From Macrostomum lignano (taxonomy: Eukaryota): 64,000 nt of DNA. Positions 1 to 11,644 of the stretch are shown here, piece by piece. Position 1 is the first letter of the stretch, and each line of letters begins with the position of its first letter. Made by a program: the position numbers and the translations under genes. The DNA is taken from the NCBI GenBank assembly GCA_002269645.1, contig NIVC01002224.1, forward strand, positions 56,144-120,143, in the 5' to 3' direction. A model generated the notes under the pieces. That model made no database searches, had not been told where the DNA came from, and saw only the letters and a program-made list of their open reading frames with translations.

Positions 1-202
1 ATCTGCTGCAGGCGCATCACCAGGCGCTGCATCAGCAGCAACAGCAGCAGCAGGCTGTTCAACATCTGCAACTCATGGCGCACATTCAACAGCATCAGCG
101 ACAGCAGCTGCAGCTGCATCAGTTGCAACAACTGCCGATGCAACAGCAGCAGCAACTGCAGCAACCACCAGCCACCGCTGCTGAAGCCAAGCCTCAGCCT
201 AA
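1..202 (+). CDS. RBM5/RBM10: RBM5/RBM10-family gene, Gln-rich internal exon (5'-truncated by window edge)
   Basis: Frame from nt 3 reads LLQAHHQALHQQQ...AEAKPQP. Donor AA|GTGAGC at 203 (phase 2) joins in frame to acceptor CTCAG|T at 881 (AA+T = Asn). Confidence 0.75.
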
Positions 203-239
203 GTGAGCGATTGTGAATAGGTTGCTTTTATTGAATAAT

Positions 240-870
240 GAGAATCAATATGGAAATTTTAGTCTGGGAATCCAAATGAGGGAATTTCAATGGAGAATCT
301 TATGAGGGAATTTCAGTTAGAGAATCTTATGAGGGAATTTCAGTTAAGAGAACCTTATGAGAGAATTTTAGTTCCCTCATTCCCTTATTTAGGGAATCTA
401 AAATGAGAGAAATTCAACTAGGGAATCTTAATGAGGAATTTCAACTAGGGAATCTAAATGAGGGAATTTCAATTAGGGAATCTTAATGAGGGAATTTCAC
501 TTAGGGAATCTAAATGAGGGAATTTCAATTAAAGAATCTGAAAGGAAGGAATTTCCATTTAGGAATTTGAAAGGAGGGAATTTCAAAGAATCTAAATTTG
601 GAAATTTCAATTAGATAATCTGAAATGATGGAATTTCAACTAGGGAATCTGAAATGAGAGAATTTCAACTAGGGAATCTGAAATAAGGAATTTCAACTAG
701 GGAATCTGAAATGAGGAAATTTCAACTAGGGAATCTGAAATGAGGGAATTTCGACTAGGGAATCTGAAATGAGGGAATTTCAACTAGGGAATCTGAAATA
801 AGGAATTTCAACTAGGGAAATCTGAAATAAGGAATTTCAACTAGGGAATCTGAAATAAGGAATTTCAACG
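240..870. repeat. Intronic minisatellite, ~28-29 bp unit (GAATTTCAACTAGGGAATCTGAAATGAGG-like)
   Basis: Tandem copies, degenerate on the left and more regular on the right, fill most of intron 203-880. Confidence 0.9.
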
Positions 871-880
871 AGAACCTCAG

Positions 881-1586
881 TCACGCTCGGAATGCCCCCA
901 AAACCGCTACCGGCAGGCAGCCGCAGCCGCCCGTGCTCAACCAGCCCTGCCAGGCGCCGGACACCAGCAAGTTAGTGAAGGAGCCCACCTCGGGTTACTA
1001 CTACGACTCCGACACTGGTCTGTACTACGACGCCAATACTCAGTACTTCTTCGACCCGAGCAGAAGCGGCTACCTGTACTGGGACTCCGAAGCCGGTTGC
1101 TATAGAGACGCAAATGAGTTACAGAAGCAACTGCAGGAGCAGCAACAGGACGGCAATAAAAAAGACGCATCAAATTCTAAAGAAGCGAAGCCGTCAAAGC
1201 AGCAGACTTCAGCATCCGCTGTAGCCAGCGAGCCCTTTGGCAAGGCGTCATCAATTCAGAAAGACATGGAGCGCTGGGCCCGGATGGTAAATAAGCAGAA
1301 GAACAAGTCCAAACAGCAGGCAATGCCAGCCGCTATGGAGCAGCAGATTCTGCAACAACAGCAGCAGCAGAGCGGAGCGGCCGATACTGCTTTTGCTATG
1401 CTAACCCAGATGTCTTCTACTGCGGCTAAGCAGTCCAGTTCTTCTGCTGCTGCCGCTCCAGCCGCGGCTCCTGCCATAGCGCCGCCTGTGCTGTCAGCCG
1501 TGGCAGCCGCCTCACTTGAGGAGGAAGAGGAGAAACTCTTGGATTGGACTCGGCTGGCCTGCCTGCTGTGCCAGCGCGGCTTCCAG
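881..1586 (+). CDS. RBM5/RBM10: RBM5/RBM10-family exon: OCRE domain, KDMERW motif and first half of C2H2 zinc finger
   Basis: Encodes PTSGYYYDSDTGLYYDANTQYFFD (OCRE aromatic repeats), IQKDMERWARMVNKQK and KLLDWTRLACLLCQRGFQ. Donor CAG|GTTGGT at 1587, phase 0. Confidence 0.92.
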
Positions 1587-1613
1587 GTTGGTTTGCGGGG
1601 ATCGCTGACGCAT

Positions 1614-4600
1614 GGGGGAGGCGCCCACTGAAGCATCTGGGAGGAGGCTACCACTGAAGCATCGGGGGAGGAGGAGGCGCCCACTGAAGCATCTGGGAGG
1701 AGGTTCCCACTGAAGCATCTGGGAGGAGGTTCCCACTGAAGCATCTGGGAGGAGGCTACCACTGAAGCATCTGGGAGGAGGCTACCACTGAAGCATCTGG
1801 GAGGAGGCTACCACTGAAGCATCTGGGAGGAGGAGGTTCCCACTGAAGCATCTGGGAGGAGGCGCCCACTGAAGCATCTAGGAGGAGGTTCCCACTGAAG
1901 CATCTGGGAGGAGGTTCCCACTGAAGCATCTGGGAGGAGGTTCCCACTGAAGCATCTGGGAGGAGGCGCCCACTGAAGCATCTGGGAGGAGGCGCCCACT
2001 GAAGCATCTGGGAGGAGGTTCCCACTGAAGCATCTGGGAGGAGGTTCCCACTGAAGCATCTGGGAGGAGGTTCCCACTGAAGCATCTGGGAGGAGGCTAC
2101 CACTGAAGCATCTGGGAGGAGGAGGTTCCCACTGAAGCATCTGGGAGGAGGTTCCCACTGAAGCATCTGGGAGGAGGTTCCCACTGAAGCATCTGGGAGG
2201 AGGCTACCACTGAAGCATCTGGGAGGAGGAGGTTCCCACTGAAGCATCTGGGAGGAGGCGCCCACTGAAGCATCTAGGAGGAGGTTCCCACTGAAGCATC
2301 TGGGAGGAGGTTCCCACTGAAGCATCTGGGAGGAGGCGCCCACTGAAGCATCTGGGAGGAGGTTCCCACTGAAGCATCTGGGAGGAGGTTCCCACTGAAG
2401 CATCTGGGAGGAGGCTACCACTGAAGCATCTGGGAGGAGGCTACCACTGAAGCATCTGGGAGGAGGCTACCACTGAAGCATCTGGGAGGAGGAGGTTCCC
2501 ACTGAAGCATCTGGGAGGAGGTTCCCACTGAAGCATCTGGGAGGAGGTTCCCACTGAAGCATCTGGGAGGAGGCGCCCACTGAAGCATCTGGGAGGAGGC
2601 GCCCACTGAAGCATCTGGGAGGAGGTTCCCACTGAAGCATCTGGGAGGAGGTTCCCACTGAAGCATCTGGGAGGAGGTTCCCACTGAAGCATCTGGGAGG
2701 AGGCTACCACTGAAGCATCTGGGAGGAGGAGGTTCCCACTGAAGCATCTGGGAGGAGGTTCCCACTGAAGCATCTGGGAGGAGGTTCCCACTGAAGCATC
2801 TGGGAGGAGGCGCCCACTGAAGCATCTGGGAGGAGGCGCCCACTGAAGCATCTGGGAGGAGGAGGCTCTCACTGAATCATCGGGAGGAGGCGCTCACTAA
2901 AGCATCGGGGAGGAGGAGGCGCCACTAAAGCATCGGGGAGGAGGAGGAGGCGCCACTGAAGCATCGGGGAGGAGGAGGAGGCGCCCACTGAAGCATCTGG
3001 GAGGAGGAGGAGGCGCCACTGAAGCATTTGGGAGGAGGAGGAGGCGCCACTGAAGCATCGGGGAGGAGGAGGCGCCACTGAAGCATCTGGGAGGAGGCGC
3101 CCATTAAAGCATCTTGGAGGAGGTTCCCACTGAAGCATCAGGGAGGAGGTTCCCACTGAAGCATCTGGGAGGAGGCTACCACTGAAGCATCTGGGAGGAG
3201 GCTACCACTGAAGCATCTGGGAGGAGGAGGTTCCCACTGAAGCATCTGGGAGGAGGCGCCCACTGAAGCATCTGGGAGGAGGTTCCCACTGAAGCATCTG
3301 GGAGGAGGCTACCACTGAAGCATCTGGGAGGAGGCTACCACTGAAGCATCTGGGAGGAGGCTACCACTGAAGCATCTGGGAGGAGGAGGTTCCCACTGAA
3401 GCATCTGGGAGGAGGTTCCCACTGAAGCATCTGGGAGGAGGTTCCCACTGAAGCATCTGGGAGGAGGCGCCCACTGAAGCATCTGGGAGGAGGCGCCCAC
3501 TGAAGCATCTGGGAGGAGGTTCCCACTGAAGCATCTGGGAGGAGGTTCCCACTGAAGCATCTGGGAGGAGGTTCCCACTGAAGCATCTGGGAGGAGGCTA
3601 CCACTGAAGCATCTGGGAGGAGGAGGTTCCCACTGAAGCATCTGGGAAGAGGTTCCCACTGAAGCATCTGGGAGGAGGTTCCCACTGAAGCATCTGGGAG
3701 GAGGCTACCACTGAAGCATCTGGGAGGAGGAGGTTCCCACTGAAGCATCTGGGAGGAGGCGCCCACTGAAGCATCTAGGAGGAGGTTCCCACTGAAGCAT
3801 CTGGGAGGAGGTTCCCACTGAAGCATCTGGGAGGAGGCGCCCACTGAAGCATCTGGGAGGAGGTTCCCACTGAAGCATCTGGGAGGAGGTTCCCACTGAA
3901 GCATCTGGGAGGAGGCTACCACTGAAGCATCTGGGAGGAGGCTACCACTGAAGCATCTGGGAGGAGGCTACCACTGAAGCATCTGGGAGGAGGAGGTTCC
4001 CACTGAAGCATCTGGGAGGAGGTTCCCACTGAAGCATCTGGGAGGAGGTTCCCACTGAAGCATCTGGGAGGAGGCGCCCACTGAAGCATCTGGGAGGAGG
4101 CGCCCACTGAAGCATCTGGGAGGAGGTTCCCACTGAAGCATCTGGGAGGAGGTTCCCACTGAAGCATCTGGGAGGAGGTTCCCACTGAAGCATCTGGGAG
4201 GAGGCTACCACTGAAGCATCTGGGAGGAGGAGGTTCCCACTGAAGCATCTGGGAGGAGGTTCCCACTGAAGCATCTGGGAGGAGGTTCCCACTGAAGCAT
4301 CTGGGAGGAGGCGCCCACTGAAGCATCTGGGAGGAGGCGCCCACTGAAGCATCTGGGAGGAGGAGGCTCTCACTGAATCATCGGGAGGAGGCGCTCACTA
4401 AAGCATCGGGGAGGAGGAGGCGCCACTAAAGCATCGGGGAGGAGGAGGAGGCGCCACTGAAGCATCGGGGAGGAGGAGGAGGCGCCCACTGAAGCATCTG
4501 GGAGGAGGAGGAGGCGCCACTGAAGCATTTGGGAGGAGGAGGAGGCGCCACTGAAGCATCGGGGAGGAGGAGGCGCCACTGAAGCATCTGGGAGGAGGCG

Positions 4601-6085
4601 CCCATTAAAGCATCTTGGAGGAGGTTCCCACTGAAGCATCAGGGAGGAGGTTCCCACTGAAGCATCTGGGAGGAGGCTACCACTGAAGCATCTGGGAGGA
4701 GGCTACCACTGAAGCATCTGGGAGGAGGAGGTTCCCACTGAAGCATCTGGGAGGAGGCGCCCACTGAAGCATCTGGGAGGAGGTTCCCACTGAAGCATCT
4801 GGGAGGAGGCTACCACTGAAGCATCTGGGAGGAGGCTACCACTGAAGCATCTGGGAGGAGGAGGTTCCCACTGAAGCATCTGGGAGGAGGTTCCCACTGA
4901 AGCATCTGGGAGGAGGTTCCCACTGAAGCATCTGGGAGGAGGCGCCCACTGAAGCATCTGGGAGGAGGCGCCCACTGAAGCATCTGGGAGGAGGAGGCTC
5001 TCACTGAATCATCGGGAGGAGGCGCTCACTAAAGCATCGGGGAGGAGGAGGCGCCACTAAAGCATCGGGGAGGAGGAGGAGGCGCCACTGAAGCATCGGG
5101 GAGGAGGAGGAGGCGCCCACTGAAGCATCTGGGAGGAGGAGGAGGCGCCACTGAAGCATTTGGGAGGAGGAGGCGCTCACTGAAGCATTTGGAAGGAGGA
5201 GGCGCTCACTGAAGCATTTGGGAGGAGGAGGCGCTCACTGAAGCATCTGGGAGGAGGCGCTCACTGAAGCATCGGGGAGGAGGCGCCACTGAGGCATCGG
5301 GGAGGAGGAGGAGGCGCCACTGAAGCATCTGGGAGGAGGCGCCCACTGAAGTATCGGGGAGGAGGAGGAGGAGGCGCCCACTGAAGCATCGGGGAGGAGG
5401 AGGCGCCCACTGAGGCATCGGGGAGGAGGCGCCCACTGAAGCATCGGGGAGGAGGCGACCACTGAAGCATCTAGGAGGAGGAGGCGCCCACTGAGGCATC
5501 GGGGAGGAGGCGCCACTGAAACATCGGGAAGGAGGAGGCGCCCACTGAGGCATCGGGGAGGAGGAGGCGCCCACTGAAGCATCGGGGAGGAGGAGGCGCT
5601 ACTGAAGCATCGGGGAGGAGGAGGCGCCCACTGAGGCATCGGGGAGGAGGAGGCGCCCACTGAAGCATCGGAGGGGAGGAGGCGCCCACTGAAGCATCGG
5701 GGAGGAGGAGGCGCCCACTGAGGCATCGGGGAGGAGGAGGCGCTACTGAAGCATCGGGGAGGAGGAGGCGCCCACTGAGGCATCGGGGAGGAGGAGGCGC
5801 CCAGCCCACTGAAGCATCGGAGGGGAGGAGGCGCCCACTGAAGCATCGGGGAGGAGGAGGCGCCACTGAAGCATCGGGGAGGAGGAGGCGCCCACTGAAG
5901 CATCTGGGGGGGGGGGAGGAGGCGCCACTGAAGCATGGGGGGGGAGGAGGCGCCACTGAAGCATCGGGGGGAGGAGGCGCCACTGAAGCATCGGGAAGGG
6001 GGAGGCGCCCACTGAAGCATCGGGGGGAGGAGGCGCCACTGAAGCGTCGGGAAGGGGGAGGCGCCCACTGAAGCATCGTGGGAGG
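1614..6085. repeat. GGA-rich minisatellite array 1 (25-32 bp unit, CCCACTGAAGCATC(T/G)GGGAGGAGG core) filling RBM5/10 last intron
   Basis: Continuous tandem copies from about 27 nt after the donor to about 65 nt before the acceptor. Rare marker variants recur at 1501-bp spacing. Confidence 0.97.
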
Positions 6086-6150
6086 GGGGGGGGAGCAGGT
6101 ACCGAGTATTTCCAGCCCCACTCGATCCCCTCAACCTCGCCGCCCCGCAG

Positions 6151-6723
6151 AGCGAGGAGGCCCTCCGCAAGCACAAGGAGCTGTCTCAGCTGCACAGGAC
6201 CAACTTGGAGCAGCTCAGCGAGCGCCTAGGCCTGCCGCCATTGCAGCAGCAGCAGCTCATGGACCTGCCCGGCTCCGGCGGCGGCATGAGCTACGAATAC
6301 CGGGACCGAGCCAAGGAGCGCCGGGAAAAGTACGGCCTGCCGCCTCCGCCAGCCACGGGGCGGCGTCGGCCGCCTCAGGAGCAGCAGCAGCAGAGGCATC
6401 AGGCAGCGGCTTCATCAATACCGCAGCCTCCGCAGCCTCAGCAGCAGCCGCAGCAGCAGCCGCCACAGCCAGCGGCAGAGGACAGCGGAGGCGTAGGCAA
6501 GAAGCTGCTAGAAAAGATGGGCGGCTGGCGCGAAGGCCAGGGCCTCGGGCGGCTTGGCCAGGGCCGGGTGGCCCCGGTGGAGGCCGAGGTTCGACGCCCG
6601 GGCGTAGGTCTGGGCGTGGCCTCGGCCAGCACCGGCACGGTGGGCTCCGCGGCGGTGTCCGGCAGCTACATGGACAAAGTGAAGAGCTCTATGATGGCCA
6701 GGTATCAGGAGTTTGACGAATAG
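6151..6723 (+). CDS. RBM5/RBM10: RBM5/RBM10-family last coding exon: second half of zinc finger, YRDRA motif, G-patch
   Basis: Acceptor CCGCAG|AGC at 6151 gives SEEALRKHKELSQLHRTNLE, completing CLLCQRGFQ...H...H. Then YRDRAKERREKYG and G-patch GVGKKLLEKMGGWREGQGLGRLGQGRVAPVEAE. Stop TAG 6721-6723. Confidence 0.93.
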   Translation, partial: SEEALRKHKELSQLHRTNLEQLSERLGLPPLQQQQLMDLPGSGGGMSYEYRDRAKERREKYGLPPPPATGRRRPPQEQQQQRHQAAASSIPQPPQPQQQPQQQPPQPAAEDSGGVGKKLLEKMGGWREGQGLGRLGQGRVAPVEAEVRRPGVGLGVASASTGTVGSAAVSGSYMDKVKSSMMARYQEFDE

Positions 6724-7035
6724 CAACTGGTGTATGTTGCCGATATGTTGCGTAAACAACTTTTTAAATTAAGAATTGTCCGTACTATAAATATCACCAC
6801 TCTTACTAAAAATACAAAAGCAAGGTGATAATCTCCGTATAGGCTAGCTACCAGGACTCAGTTTGACAAGCAACTGGGCTTATCCACCGATATGTAGCGT
6901 AAATAACTAAATATGGATCAAATATCTAAATGAGAGAATAACCCACTGATAAGATAGTTTAATTCAATAAGCTAGGGTGAAGAGCTCTATAAATAACGGT
7001 GTTTATCTACCGATATGGTGCGTAGAAAACTTAGT
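6678..7035 (+). repeat. Degenerate triplication of the RBM5/10 stop-codon/3'UTR region
   Basis: CCGATATG(T/G)(T/A)GCGTA core at ~6740, ~6887 and ~7010. GTTTGAC..AGCAACTGG recurs near 6860-6877 and GTGAAGAGCTCTAT near 6977. Confidence 0.6.
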
Positions 7036-7589
7036 GAATTATTTTTAAAACAATATACTTAGGCAGAAAAGATCCCTTTGAAAACTGGCGGGATGCTTGA
7101 GTAAATAAGCGACTCCCCTTGTAGTTGTACTGTTCATTCAGTAATCATTTGTTAATGTTTATTAAATCCCTTCGGCTAGCCCCCATCCAGATCATTGCTT
7201 TTCAAAGCTGCATGCTTTTTCCTGTTTATAATACGCGAGTTTATGTGTGGACAGTTTATAAAAAGTGTGTAATCTTTTATCTTAAAATAAAAAATAGTTG
7301 CAACATTCATTTAGCCTACTGTTAGTTAGTACTATACTTTATACGTGTCGCTAAGTTATATAATTTTTGTGTTCTTGCGCGTGGTTAAATGTAAACTTCT
7401 CTATAACCAAAAATAAATTCAATAATTTCAAATTTAACTGCTTGCATTGGATGGACTGCGACCTGTGCGATCGCCTCATCCTGTTTAGCCATGTTAAACT
7501 GATTGGAGTCTGTGCTCTGCCGTACTCAAACTGATTTATGGTAAAAGCACCCGTCCACAGGTCCAGAGAAACTGAATGAGAGAGCAGAG

Positions 7590-8270
7590 ATGGTGAGGTA
7601 GTGGGTGGAGATGATAAGGTAGTGGGCGGAGATGATGAGGTAGTGGGCGGAGATGATGAGGTAGTGAGTGGAGATGATGAGATAGTGAGTGGAGATGGTG
7701 AGGTAGTGGGCGGAGATGATGAGGTAGTGGGCGGAGATGGTGAGGTAGTGGGCAGAGATGCTGGGGTAGTGGGCAGAGATGATGAGATAGTGAGTGGAGA
7801 TGGTGAGATAGTCGGCGGAGATGCTGGGGTAGTGGGCAGAGATGATGAGGTAGTGGGCGGAGATGATGAGGTAGTGAGCGGAGATGATGAGGTAGTGGGC
7901 GGAGATGGTGAGGTAGTGGGCAGAGATGCTGAGGTAGTGGGCGGAGGTGGTGAGGTAGTGGGCGGAGATGCTGAGGTAGTGGGCGGAGATGCTGAGGTAG
8001 TGGGCGGAGATGCTGAGGTAGTGGGCGGAGATGCTGAGGTAGTGGGCGGAGGTGGTGAGGTAGTGGGCGGAGATGCTGAGGTAGTGGGCGGAGATGATGA
8101 GGTAGTGAGTGGAGATGATGAGATAGTGAGTGGAGATGGTGAGATAGTCGGCGGAGATGCTGGGGTAGTGGGCAGAGATGATGAGGTAGTGGGCGGAGAT
8201 GATGAGGTAGTGAGCGGAGATGATGAGGTAGTGGGCGGAGATGCTGAGTTAGTGGGCGGAGACGCTGAGG
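7590..8270. repeat. 21-bp minisatellite (GAGGTAGTGGGCGGAGATGCT family), copy A
   Basis: Tandem 21-mers that generate the spurious EVVGGD(A/D) ORF 7601-8290. Confidence 0.95.
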
Positions 8271-8429
8271 TACTACCTTGTAGTCAGTGACAGCGTCTGT
8301 GGTAGAAACCTATCCAAAGAATTCTAATCGAGGACTAAGTTATTAATAGATCCGTCTCCAACCTTTCCCGTCCCTAGTTATTGAGTAGTCCCTGCATATA
8401 TACCTAATCAATTACCTTCTTAATCCAGT

Positions 8430-9050
8430 AGTGTAGTGTAGTATCGCTTTTGACGATCTAAATGGGAATTTGGACAATCAAAACGGGACGCCATAGACAT
8501 TCAGCCAGGCCACAGACTCGGGCTGCTTGGGAATACGCAACCGTAGATGTGGAACGGTAGGGTGCCTGCAGCGTTAGCAGCTGCACCTCCTGCACCGGCT
8601 CTGGGCAGTACTACTCGGCGCGGATGATGTGGCCTGCCAGCTGGAGTCGCCGATGGCGCAACAGGTCGCTTGGACGGACCAGGCCGGCGCGGTGATACAA
8701 AGCCGCGTTGGTCACTCGCTCGTGGCCGATCTTGAAAGCGGCGCGCAGCAGGCCAGCGGGCGCCGCGTCAACTTGTTGCTCGAGCGACTCCGTCAGCATC
8801 CAGGTCTCGGCGTTGTACAGCAGGACGGTCTCGATCACCGCCTGAAACAACGCCGCCCTCTGGCGGTCAGGTAAGGCCTCGGACTGCATGACTGCCTTCA
8901 CAGAACGAAAGGCAGCCCAGGCAAGCCCGCGGCAATTCACCGCAAATCCTTACGGACGGCGGGAACCAGACCGCCGAGGTAGACGAACTGCTGACAACGG
9001 GGAAGCTCTGTCGCCTGTCCGTCAGCGCCTCGGCACAAAATCGTAGTACA
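8430..9050 (-). mobile_element. 5'-truncated, frameshifted non-LTR retrotransposon fragment (RT C-terminal region, RTE-like)
   Basis: Minus strand reads CQQFVYLGG in one frame, then QRAALFQAVIETVLLYNAETWMLTESLEQQVDAA...LRAAFKI...VTNAALY...RRLQLAGHIIRAE. This matches the post-RT LLYxxETW / RRLxxxGHIxR motifs of RTE/CR1-type LINEs. Clade assignment is from memory. Confidence 0.75.
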
Positions 9051-9133
9051 TGTACGCGTGTACTGTTTTTGATGGGCCACACACGCCCTTTACCTACTGA
9101 AATTGGCGTTGGCTTTGGGTTGTGTGAATGGCC

Positions 9134-9845
9134 GGTGTTAGGGTTTCTGTTCTCCAGAGTTAAAGATCTCCGGCCCGGAGATCCAACACGACAAAATTAT
9201 GCGATTTTACGATCGCCCGCACGGATATCAGAAACCATGACATAAGATAAGGTTAGAGATCGCCGCCATGCTAGACTCTCCGGAGTATTCTATCTTAGAA
9301 AATGAGCTATATTAAATTTCTGACTTTAGAAAGCCCAGCAGGTGAACAGCTGGCGCAACTTTTTTCGATTAGCTCATCTATCTAAGTACATAAGGCCTTA
9401 AGGCCCGTTCACACAGCCATCCATCAAGTGGGGGCTAAATTTAGGCTTGGTTAGACTTCCGCATTATTTTTCGTCTTTCTGTACATACAACATGTGCATG
9501 TAAAAGTCGAATGATTTGATTGTGTCATTTGACAGCAGAAGGAATGAGCCTGTCGAGCTGATCAACGCCGGAGAAAAAATCAATTTGAAGAGGCGTATCA
9601 AGAAAAAACAGCAACTCCAGTTTCATTAGAATTGCATTGCGGAAGTATGGACTGACAACACATCCACTCCTATTCACCAAAGCTTGCCATTTTGCCCTGA
9701 TATGGCCCTACCGGGACCATAACCGTTTGTAGTCTCTGAGAACTTAAACCCTTTAAGGTTCTCCGGTCGGAGATCCCAGCCCGTTTGCAGTCTCGATCCG
9801 GACCCAAAACTGGCCGGAGCCCCGGAGATTCTAAACTGTAACACC
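9134..9845. mobile_element. Possible MITE-like non-autonomous element
   Basis: Imperfect terminal inverted repeats (GGTGTTAGGGTTT vs reverse complement GGTGTTACAGTTT). Subterminal CTCCGG/CCGGAG motifs at both ends, including the palindrome GATCTCCGG-C-CCGGAGATC near 9165. No TSD seen. Confidence 0.3.
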
Positions 9846-10454
9846 TGTTATGTTTTGTGCACAAGTCACAAATTATTCTGTAATGTGGCCTCACGGAATA
9901 TAATCCCTATATAAGGGTGGTGGTGACGCGAGAGTCAGTGTCCCTTTTTTACAGTTGTCTGCTATCTCTGTTCATGACTTGGACATGAAGAGTTAAAAAA
10001 CACTTACATGTGCATGTACATCATGGTCAACATCAGCATTGTTCAGTTGTCCATGATGTATACATGTAGTTGGCAGGTATATGCTTTGCCTGTGCCTCAG
10101 TTGTAATTAGTAATTTATCACATTTTAAGCGGTCAGTCAGTGCGAAAAAGCAGTAAATGCGAATCAACAACTCTCGAGGCCTGTAAAATGTATAAAAGTC
10201 TTGGTGATAGTCGATATAAAAGTATACGTCAGCTTTGGGTGCAACTAAAAATTATGGCACTTAATATGTCCATGTGTTTTTATTAACTTTTTGAATATGT
10301 ACAGATTGACTTTGGAGGTGACGAGTATCGAATGGTTGTTGAACTGTTTTCTAGATCCTGGAAACTGCAAATGCAAAGTCTAACTCGACTACGTCTTAGT
10401 CTTAGTAAGGCTGCAATGATCTTATCAGCCTAAGCTGACGGCTGACGTAGATAG

Positions 10455-10945
10455 GCCTAGGTATAGTGGGCGGAGATGCTGAGATAGTGGGCGGAGATGC
10501 TGAGGTAGTGGGCGGAGATGCTGAGGTAGTGGGCGGAGATGCTGAGGTAGTGGGCGGAGGTGGTGAGGTAGTGGGCGGAGATGCTGAGGTAGTGGGCGGA
10601 GATGCTGAGGTAGTGGGCGGAGATGCTGAGGTAGTGGGCGGAGATGCTGAGGTAGTGGGCGGAGGTGGTGAGGTAGTGGGCGGAGATGCTGAGGTAGTGG
10701 GCGGAGATGCTGAGGTAGTGGGCGGAGATGCTGAGGTAGTGGGCGGAGATGCTGAGGTAGTGGGCGGAGGTGGTGAGGTAGTGGGCGGAGATGCTGAGGT
10801 AGTGGGCGGAGGTGGTGAGGTAGTGGGCGGAGATGCTGAGGTAGTGGGCGGAGATGATGAAGTAGTGGGCGGAGATGCTGAGGTAGTGGGCGTAGATGCT
10901 GAGGTAGTGGGCGGAGATGATGAAGTAGTGGGCGGAGATGCTGAG
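10455..10945. repeat. 21-bp minisatellite, copy B (same family and strand as 7590-8270)
   Basis: Highly regular GAGGTAGTGGGCGGAGATGCT tandem. Confidence 0.95.
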
Positions 10946-11578
10946 AAAGGAAAGGCTGAGTCATGGGCGGATTTTAAGTGCAGTAAAAATGAATATTTTG
11001 CATGAAGGCAGTGACAAACATTTTATCCATATTACATAAATGTTAAAATATTGTAAGCATAATTATTATTACAAAGAGGCGATATGGCATTAAGAATTGG
11101 CAAAGCATTTGCTTAACAGCTTAGAAAAATTCAAATTAAAGCAGCAACGGATATTACATACTCGTAGAATATTTGAATTTCTTGAATATTGTTAAGAGTA
11201 AACTTTTAAATCGCAAAAATGACAAATTTACATGTACATTTAGGGTATATATTCTGAACTATATAAATTTTAATAAGCATCAGCATGCAGAGGAAAAATG
11301 ATAATTGAAATGATTTGGAAACAAAATCATCTACTTTGTAATTTTAAATCTCAAATAACGATTGCACAGGAACTTACATCTTGCATGTAATGTCACTTTC
11401 TTTATGTATCAGTTTTAGCTTACGTGTTTGTTGGTTATCACAAAAATTATTGTATACACCGCGTTTTAAAGTGATAGGAATTGTCATGTCTCATAACTTA
11501 GAATGCAGCAGACTGCGGATGCATGTTATTGTGAAGTATATCTTGCTGGGTTTCGAGAGAGTTCATTCGAGGTCATCT

Positions 11579-11594
11579 TCACAATCCTTTCTCC
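11579..11594 (-). CDS. cpo: Candidate terminal coding exon of the couch potato/RBPMS-like gene (adds R-EKGL*)
   Basis: Strong minus-strand acceptor GTGCTCTTTTTCAG|G about 50 nt beyond the array end. Phase-compatible with donor at 25544 (AG+G = Arg), then GAG AAA GGA TTG TGA. No homology support for these residues. Confidence 0.4.
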
Positions 11595-11644
11595 CTGAAA
11601 AAGAGCACAGCGTGAGGAAGTATGTAAAACAATACAGTTTGGAG

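Noticed and set aside
933-1631. Stand-alone 232-aa gene starting at GTG 933
   Set aside because: It is an internal exon (881-1586) of the RBM5/10 gene. The track's start and tail are intron or ORF-caller artefacts.
6078-6716. Overlapping alternative-frame ORF in the RBM5/10 last exon
   Set aside because: Expected shadow ORF in GC-rich coding sequence.
9075-9415. PIF/Harbinger-like termini (GGCCCGTTCACACA at ~9401, TGTGTGAATGGCC at ~9121)
   Set aside because: They face outward rather than enclosing an element, and no matching partner ends or TSDs were found.
7601-11005. EVVGGD(A/D) and LRPLPQH repeat ORFs
   Set aside because: Products of a 21-bp tandem repeat, with GTG starts and no unique flanking domain.
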